Below, in pieces: positions 55,701-64,000 of a stretch of DNA of 64,000 nucleotides. Position 1 is the stretch's first letter. Each line of letters begins with the position of its first letter. This DNA comes from Folioceros fuciformis. Lineage: Eukaryota. Position numbers and translations under genes: made by a program. The stretch covers positions 178,486-242,485 of the forward strand of contig JBNGIO010006258.1 in assembly GCA_049999805.1 (NCBI GenBank), in the 5' to 3' direction. The notes below the pieces were generated by a model. That model had not been told where the DNA came from and ran no database searches. It worked only from the letters and a program-made list of their open reading frames with translations.

Positions 55701-58700
55701 GGCTTCTGAGACACCAGTGTGCTCCTTACCATTCCTACGACTGTCGTGAACCACTGACAGTCTCTGCCTGGTTTCCAACAACAAGGTTGACAATTTAGTT
55801 AACTCGGCCTGGAGGCCGTCTTTGGCGGCCTTCACCCCCTCCAGGTTGCGAGTCAGGCTCTGTTTTTCAGCATTCCACGACTCAAGCTCTTGGTGGTGAG
55901 AACGCTCGTCCTCAGCCCTGGATGCCTCCAGCCGCTCAAGCTCGAGCTCCAAGCTCGAAATCGTTGAACCCAGTACCGCATTCTGTTCCTGAGATATCTC
56001 GGCTGCGTGTCTAAAACGCTGTGTCTCAGCAGCGAGACTCTCCCTCTCTTGTTCCCAATGCAACTCCCTGAATCGACTTCCATCCTTTGCAGCCTGCAGC
56101 CTGCTTGTTACCTCAAGCAGTTCCGCGTCCAATCTCGCAATTCTCTCTGCTAGCCTCCCAGCTTCAGCGGTTCCGTTAGCGGCGTCTGCCTTGGCCTTAG
56201 CAAGGTCGGCAGAGAGCTGTTCTTGCTCCAGTCTCCACTGAAGAGCAGCAGAGCTTGACTGATTCACAGATTGGTTCAGGGATAGAGTCAAGCTTGCCAC
56301 CTCAAGTTCCAATTGCTGAATTCTGCCTTGGAGCCCGACCACCTCAGAAGCCTTCCCGCTTCTATCATTCCTAGTCTCCTCCAGCTGCAATTGCACATCT
56401 TGCAGCTTCGTCGCCCACGATGTCTCTGCCTCGGAAATGCTTGAGTCCTTCTCAACAAGCGTTCTCCTTGCCGTCTCCAATTCTGCCGCCAACAGATCAG
56501 CCTTACTTGCTTTCTCCTGTGCCTGTCCTAGTTCAGCTGCAAGTACGTTCATCTTGTCACCCTGCTGCGAGAAAGCAGCCTTCAGGTCCTCCACCTCACA
56601 TTCCAAGAGAGCAGCCCGGTCGTGCAATATGCAGAAATCGTTTTGTTTGTTCCTCACGAACAGCAGAGCAGCATATGCCTTCTTCTCAGCCCGGCTACAC
56701 TTCGCCTCCAGCTGCAGCATCTCGGCTTCCAATTCGGTAGCTTTCCTGGACATGACGTCTGCGGCATCGCTGAGAACGAGAATCTGATCCTTCAGTGCTG
56801 CCTTCTCCTGCTGGTGAGACTCGTGGAACTCTGACACAGACTTGCTAAAAGCCCGGAGCTCGGCTTCTGTGTCCCTAGCCAAACAATGCGCGCTCTGGAG
56901 CTTCTTCTGCATTATCTCCAAAGGCCTGCTCCTATCCGTCAACTTAAAGGATGAACGAAGAGGGCCATTATCGACACTCATCCTCTGAGAAAAGGTTTCC
57001 TCGATAATCTCATCCATCTCCGAGGAGGCATCAAACAATGCTTGGTCACCTTCAGCAAGGTACTCTGCTAGCTTCGTGGTCGCAACTTCCCACTCCCTTC
57101 TCAATGTCTCGTTCTGCTGTTCCTGCTCCGTCAACCTGAGCTTCAAATCATCAAGCTCTGTTGATAGCTGACGCATTCTGTCGGTTGTCGATGCCTCCGC
57201 TTCTGCACCTACCTGCATGTCCAGCAATTCGGACTGCAATGCAGTGATTGTTCTTGCCGTCTCCGTCTCAGCTTGCGCGCGGGTGGTGTCCATGTCTCGT
57301 TCTCTGGCCAGCTGGGCAGCATGCTGCATTTGCAGCCTCTCGTTCAAGCGTTGAGCTTGCTCGAGTTCCCTTCTGGTTACATCCAACCTGCTCTCCAGAG
57401 CGGACTTCCATGTCCCGTCGTATGATCCGCTCCTCTGCTCCTCCACAGACCGTGTATGTAATTCGGCCTCAAGCTTCTTCAGCTCCTTTGTCTTCCTCAG
57501 CTCAAATCGAAGGTGATGAAGTTGCTCTTCAAGGAGCTTGTTCTGTTCCTCACTCTTCTGCAAGCTGGCAACTGAGTCCTCCAACTCCCGTATGGTGAAC
57601 ACCTGCTGCCCTTCCATAGCTTCCACCACAGCCTTTTCCTCGGTCAGCTTCTCCGTCAGTTCCCCAACCTTTTGGCTGAGCTCCGCGCATCTTTCCTCCA
57701 GGCCTTTCCTTTGGGTCTGCTCTTCCTCAAGCATCGCCTCGTAGGACTCGATTTCCAACTGCAATTGCATTACTTCCTCGGAATGCCTCATCTCAAGGGA
57801 ATGAACTTTCAGCATTCGGCCAGAACAGCTTGCATCTCCTGACCTATCATCCCCATCTTCATCGCAAGCAGTTGTTGCTGGTACCGACAATTTGTCGATC
57901 AGGCTGCGAGCTTCCTGAAGCTGAGTCTTGAGCTGGTCAAGTTCCATTGCGACCTCGTCCTTTTCCGCGTCCCCTTCAATGCCGGGCTGGGCCCCTTCGT
58001 TTTCAACTTCCTCTTGTTGCTGCCACAGAGGACCAGCCCGTCCATTGGACAGAGATTCCCTCTCCTGCAAATCAGTCACCTCTGTCTCGATTCTTATCCG
58101 CTTCATCGAAGCTCGAGTTGAAAATGCAGTTTCCTGGACATGCTTCCGCAGCCCCTCCGCTTCCTCCATAGCATCTTTCAGCTGTTGTTCCATCTGCAAT
58201 CTCAAGTCCTTTTCTTGTTCCCGCTGCGCGACTTCCTCTTGAACTCGCTCTCGTTCCTGCACAGAGGGCCAACAAACGTCACCATCCATCCTCACTCCAT
58301 CACCCCCCATCTCAGACAAACAAACAAACCTTCTTCAACTCTTCTTCCAACCGAGCAACGGAGTCCCTGCTCTTCACAAGCTGCTCTTCCAGCTCCTTGA
58401 CACTCTCTTGATCGGACTCCCTCGCCTACCAACCCGAAAGAGTAACAGACATCAACAATCACGAACCTCCAGCAGAGAAACAACATAACAGTCACAATCA
58501 TCATCGATAGCAAGTCACAATCCGAATGTCCATCAACACACCTTCATCATGGCCTCCAATTCCCTGTCCTGATCAACCTGAAACCCAGACATCTTCGCCT
58601 CCATTTCGTCAATTTGTCTGCACCGGCGAAAAGAAATCAGACACCAAAATCCATCGGCAGCAGTGCTGCAATCAAAGCCCACCCATATCCATCACATCCA

Positions 58701-61700
58701 CCCACCTGGTCATCTTGGCATTCGACTCCAGGCAGCTGTTTAAGTTATTCCGATACTCGTCAATCTGTCGCCGATAGTTCTCCATCTCCAGATGCAGCAG
58801 CTCATTCTCTCGCACAGCGGAAGCGAGCTCGGGAGCCAGAGACTCCCTCTGCCAATCAAACAACCCCCCCATCGCAGGATGAGCATCACTACAAGGCATA
58901 ACGCCACCGACACAATCATACGAACGCTCCAGGATCCCGCTCCCCTCTACCAGAAGCACGCCGCCCTCAAGGCGAAATGAATGCGGTTGGGGGGAAGCGG
59001 GGCATCCTAAACCACGAGGTCTGGGAGAAGGTGCAACCTGGGAGGTCGTGAGCGTCCTCCCACATTCATCGAGGAGCTTTCCATCCAGCACTTCAAGCAG
59101 CTGTTGCAAGCGATACAGCAGGACTGGGGTGAGTCAGACTGTGGGAAAGTACATAACGGACCGATCCGGTCCAGCAGCCACAGGCAGTGGTCCAGGCATC
59201 GGGACCCGGGATCTGCGACTGCAGCTGACTGCCACGCAATGCTACTCCTGCGACCTTCCCACGTGCAGCAGGAGCATTTGGTGAGCGTGTCAGAGGACGG
59301 AATCCCGTGACCCAGAGATCCTTCCGCCTGGCCACAAGCTTCCCAGTCCTGTTCGTGCAATAAAGCTCCAAACCCACCTTCACAAAGCATTCCACCACGT
59401 ACCTGATCACGGAGACTGGCCACTTCCTCCACCAGAATTTCTCGTTCCCCGCCTTCGTAGAATTCCTGATATCTGCGGGGAGCACGGCAGGAGTGATGTC
59501 AGGCATTCTGATTCAGCCAATGCCGTGGCTTGACTTGCGGGCTGTCGGATGATAACCTCCTGAGATCCTCCATGAGTCGAATGTTCTCCATGGCAAATCT
59601 CGTGAGCTCGGGATTCCTGTCGATCCGAGCACGAACCAGCTGCAGCTCTTCCTGTAAAGCATTTCTCTCTTCAATGAGATAATCTTGCGCTGGCAGGATG
59701 CCGTCTGCAACTAATTCCAGCCTCCTGATCTTGTCTTCCCGGAAGCGTAGCATCATTTTCCCGCACTGAGTGTCCTCTTCCCTTTGCCGTACCTGCAATC
59801 AAGGCAAGGATTAGGATATGGGCACACCAGCCGGTGATCAGAGGTGGAGGAAGGAGACTCATTCTGCCGAAGACTGACCAGCCGATTGAGTTGCTCGATT
59901 TCTGCAGCAAGCCGTTTGCTTGCATTCTCTGCTTCTTGCTCTCTTCTAAGGGAGCCTGCTAGCACAGCTTCGACATGCTTCATCTGAGGAGACCGTCAGG
60001 CTGTCAGTGCTCTGAAACGTTTGTAGCATGGACTGACTTACAGCTAGAGATTTGATGATCTCCGCTCACCTTTTTCGATGACATGTGTCGGCACTTAGCC
60101 GAGTCCCATGAAGAATCAACAGATCTCCTAAGAGTATCGCTGCCAGTGGCACCTATAATGGCCATGAAGGCGTCATCGTATCCCTGAGACGATTCTCGGA
60201 GAGGAAGTGATGACCGAATTGATGGAATTCTCGACACACTTTGTCGACGCAGGCGATTCAATTCATCCTGGTCGACGTTCATGGGGTCAGTGAGAGGAGA
60301 CCGGAATACGGGTTGAGAGCTGCCCCCGCTTGCAAGAAGTTGCCTACCTTGAGCTGCTGAATCTGTTGCCGCAGAGCAAGGACATCTCCTGAAGCATCCT
60401 CGTTCACCACAGCCTGTAGAAACAAGATCTTTGCCTTAGCAATCTGAATGTTAGAGAAGAGCGCAGTCATTGAAGGCAGCAGCATAAAACATCAGCTCAT
60501 ATACATTGTTGCGAATGAATTTAGCTCGTTGCGCAAATTTGAGGGTGCTGAGGGTCTCTAGTGCACAGCTGAATGTCGACGACAATGTCAGGAGGAAGGC
60601 CAGCACAACAGATTGTGACAATGAAAATTCTGAAAAAAGCGAAATCGCTTGCACGTACCAGCCTGATGGGCTGACGTTGGCGATGATGGTTGTCTTCGAG
60701 TTACCGCCAAGAGAATCCTGAGGATACGGTTGCATAAGCGTAATTCTTCCCCATCATTAACAAGATTGATACTACACACGGCCAGCTCGATCAGGGGACG
60801 GCAGGAACCTGAAGCAGGAAGGTGAGTTTGGAATCTCGATATGGTACGTGTCGCTGCTTCCCGTTTGCAACATCAACTAGAACCATGATCACAAGTCTGA
60901 AAATAAGCAGAACAGGTTAGCATGTTAACGGGGCGTGCATCCCGGACATGGCAGTGGCATTAAGATAGAAACGTACCCCAAAGTAGAGAGAGATTTGTTG
61001 ATATTAGCCGCTTCCTTGAGCCGGTCTCCCTCAGCCCCTGAACTCTTTTGTCTGTTGCAAGCGTCCGCACTTCAACCTACAGGCCCTTGACTTCGCAATG
61101 CACGTAAACGAAGTTGGTAGGGCAGTTCGGGATTCACCTCTCTGACCCAGCCAGGTCTACAAGATTCAGACGCCCGAACCTTGTGTTCACCATCGAATCA
61201 CTCTCCCACTGCGACGAACCCCGTGAACGGACGCATGCATTAGAGCCAAAGGAAGCGTCCAAACCCGGCAGTTACTCAACTAGCATGCGTGATGCATAGG
61301 TGCAATCCAAAGAAGGGTGACTCACCTTGCTTTCCACTACGCAGGTGAAAACACTGTGAGATCTACTGCTCTCTCTGTTCATGTTTGTTGCTGCAACTTT
61401 CCTGTTCGCCGCTCCCTGATACAACAACACCAAGCATGAGCACTGTGCAGATGGCTTGTTTTCCAGAGCACCAGATCTCAAGGCTTTCAGATCTCAAGGA
61501 TCGATTACCTGCAACAGCAACTGGATGACATCTTGGACTCCCAAAACCTCAACTTCGGTGAGGTTCTCCACATAGACACCTTTCTTGGCATCCTCCCTCA
61601 TCTGCACGCCGAGATGTTACAGTGCTAAGGCCGGGCACGCAGGCTATTTAGACCTTGGACGGACAACCCAGAAAGTGCCTCCTTACTTGCAAATTGCATG

Positions 61701-63557
61701 ATCCGGGCTCCAGAAGATCGGTGATCTGTTCATTGTATATCTCCAGGAATGAGCACTTGCAAAGATACTTCAGTCTCTCATGTCGGCGTATTTCCTCTTC
61801 CTGCCAGCCACAACGATAACGCATCGAAGCATGAGCTTAGAAGAAAGAATGTTCTGCCATAGACAAGATGTGAGATGGGCTTACATGGCGAATCCTCGCG
61901 AACAGGTATTCGAACACACGGGGAGTCATTCCGCGGTTGCTGCTAGGACGGTTGTTGTCCAAGCCATCAATGTCTCCCAGCATAGTATGTGTCTTACCAC
62001 TTCCCGTCTGGGAACATGAGATTCACCCAACCAAGATGCTTTCCATAAGACGCTTTCCAACTATGTTGCACAAAGGAAGGACACAAATTCTGAATAAAGC
62101 AGAGGAACTAACCTGCCCATACGCAAACATGCAGCTGTTGTAGCCAGAAATGCAGTTGTCCACCATGGGCAGACCAGCAACATGAAAAAGCTTTTCCTGG
62201 AATACGTCAAATCACCTTGGTCAGCTTGCAGCATTCCAGGTCGCCGCAAAGTTTCACCAGTTCTGACAACAGAAGAGCCTGAAAAGCAAGCAGAAGGGCG
62301 GAGCTTACCTGAGTTATGCTTTCACAAGCCACATGATCAAAGGTAAAGCGAGCTTCTGGCTGGCCTAACCACGTGATCGTGTGGGGGCTCTCTTGCTTAA
62401 TGCATTTAGCATAGCCTTGAGCGGAAATCTCAGAACTGCTCAGTGGACGAGTTCGGATGAGCACCTGCACAGTGCAAAGACATGATAAGCACATGCCATT
62501 TGTGGCCCAGAATTACAAGACTCCTTGCACAGCGAGCACCAGTCGAGTTGGACACCGGTGCAGCTCACCTGCACATTATGATCCCTCCAAAACATGGGAT
62601 CCTCCTCCAGATCGAACTGTACGTCCGTGACCATACCGCTACTGCTGCTGGGAGCAGCAACACTAGACTTGGCAGGTTGTGCCGAAGTTGGTGGCCGAGG
62701 AGCTACATTCTGGGCAACCTGTGAGCGACCACTCACTGGCACCCCTGTAGCACCACCATACTTAAGTGCCCTGGACACACTTCTTGCAGGGGTGGACAAG
62801 GGAGCCACTGACCCCAAAACTGTGCCATTCTCTGCATCGCCATTTTGCCGGATGCTACTGAGTCGTTTCGGGGGGGTCAAAGGATTTGTGCCTGCTGCAA
62901 CAGCATTCTGGTTGGCCATCAACGATTGAGCCTCCGCCCCATTCACCTGCCTAGGCAATCCTCGACTGGGCGTAGTAACCTCAACAGTCGGGACAGAGGG
63001 AGACCGTTTCAATCCCCCAACCCCACCTGCACAATGTAGAAGGTGGCAAAGGTGACGAAAGGCCATCAAGCAAGCAAACACCCCATCGTCTATGCACACC
63101 CAGGTCAACCAAATGCCGGCACTGCACATAACCCCAGCAGGAGCTTACCAGTAACAGCGCACTCCACAGCAGGCGCAGAATTGTGCCTCTGGTGCCAAGT
63201 AAACCTGCTCTTGGATACCTGTCCCGTCACGGAGGCAGCAGACGAGGCCAGCACATGTTTCTCCGGCGTCACACCTGCCTCAGAATTCTCCAAGTGCGGG
63301 AAAGTCCCGCCTCCCAGACCTGACCCCGCCAGTTTCTTCTTCGGAGTACCCGAGTCCCCTTTTCTTGGAGACACCCCGGCACCGGACCCATCTCCAGCCA
63401 ACGGATTGAACGCACTCTCCGGAATAGAGCTCAGCGGAGTCCTCCCTGACCCCGAACCCCCGCCCTTGGCCTGAAGCGCATCCGCGCTCAAATCCTGCGC
63501 CGGTTTCTTCGGCGATCCTCTGGAGAACAAGCGGAGAGGGGAAACGCCCTTCACCAT
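49739..63557 (-). CDS. Kinesin-12, POK1/POK2 (phragmoplast-orienting kinesin)-like, multi-exon, probably about 3000 aa or more
   Basis: Motor motifs [96 protein letters not shown]; post-motor [15 protein letters not shown] and [11 protein letters not shown]; 5901-nt coiled-coil exon 58256-52356; C-terminal GSPFKC..GLVQQM and [19 protein letters not shown]. Confidence 0.93.
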
Positions 63558-64000
63558 CTTCGTCACCTCTCCTCCCCCAAAGAGCTCGAATTGCCCACCC
63601 CCCGTCACCCCAAATCCGACCAGACCATCTCTCAATCCCGACACTCCCAATTTCGCCCACAAGTTCCGTCCAGCCCGAACCAATTCCCTCTCCCAGCCCC
63701 ACTTCCCACCTTACCGCAGGAATGCGCACCGAACCAGCCCAAGAAACCTGCACCACCAAGAACGCAGCAGCAGCCGCGAGCCCAGCCTCTGCTCCTATTC
63801 CCGCGTCTCAGTCCGACGAGGACGGGCACTGGCTCTGCGACCCGGTGCCCCAGAAGAAGACAGCTTTCTCGTCCATCGCACGGACGCAAGCTGTGTGGAA
63901 GAATTGCAGAGGAGGACTGGAGCAGTCGGGCCTCAGCCTAGCTGGGAGGAAGTAGAGGCTAGCACTCCAGAAGCGCAACGGCCACTTTGGTGGTGCCAGA

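Noticed and set aside
52338-58400. Many + strand Ser/Leu-rich ORFs opposite the kinesin exon
   Set aside because: Antisense shadows of a Glu/Leu/Ala-rich coiled coil.

Overview
Eukaryotic nuclear DNA from a land plant. Short (about 80-200 nt) GT-AG introns, compact gene spacing and the gene content suggest a non-seed plant such as a bryophyte or lycophyte; this is an inference and the species cannot be fixed from sequence alone. Left to right: (1) a 6-exon gene for an uncharacterised protein with a helical N-terminus and 4 Trp/Gly-rich beta-repeats (177-2580, -); (2) a broken, partly inverted copy of (3) an intact LRR receptor-like kinase (6966-11799, -); (4) an AT-rich transposon island (about 15.3-25.6 kb) in which a deleted Ty1/copia element sits inside a decayed CRE/R2-like non-LTR element, followed by telomere-like and other minisatellites; (5) a class III peroxidase, a chalcone-isomerase-like (CHIL-type) gene, a PPR relic, an intronless root-type ferredoxin-NADP+ reductase and a DUF4057 gene; (6) a 13-exon paralogue of gene 1 that carries a helical N-terminus, a U-box, a TPR-like segment and 6 of the same beta-repeats (39264-44078, -); (7) the decayed junction of a tandem duplication (F-box relic, kinesin fragments, copy of the U-box gene's first exon); (8) an intronless F-box gene; (9) a very large POK-type kinesin-12. 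The main candidate for an undescribed system is the pair of beta-repeat genes: one repeated, exon-cassette-encoded, probably beta-barrel module attached to two different N-terminal heads, one of which is a U-box. All gene models were derived by hand from splice signals and reading-frame continuity. Identity values are by-eye estimates; no database search was run.
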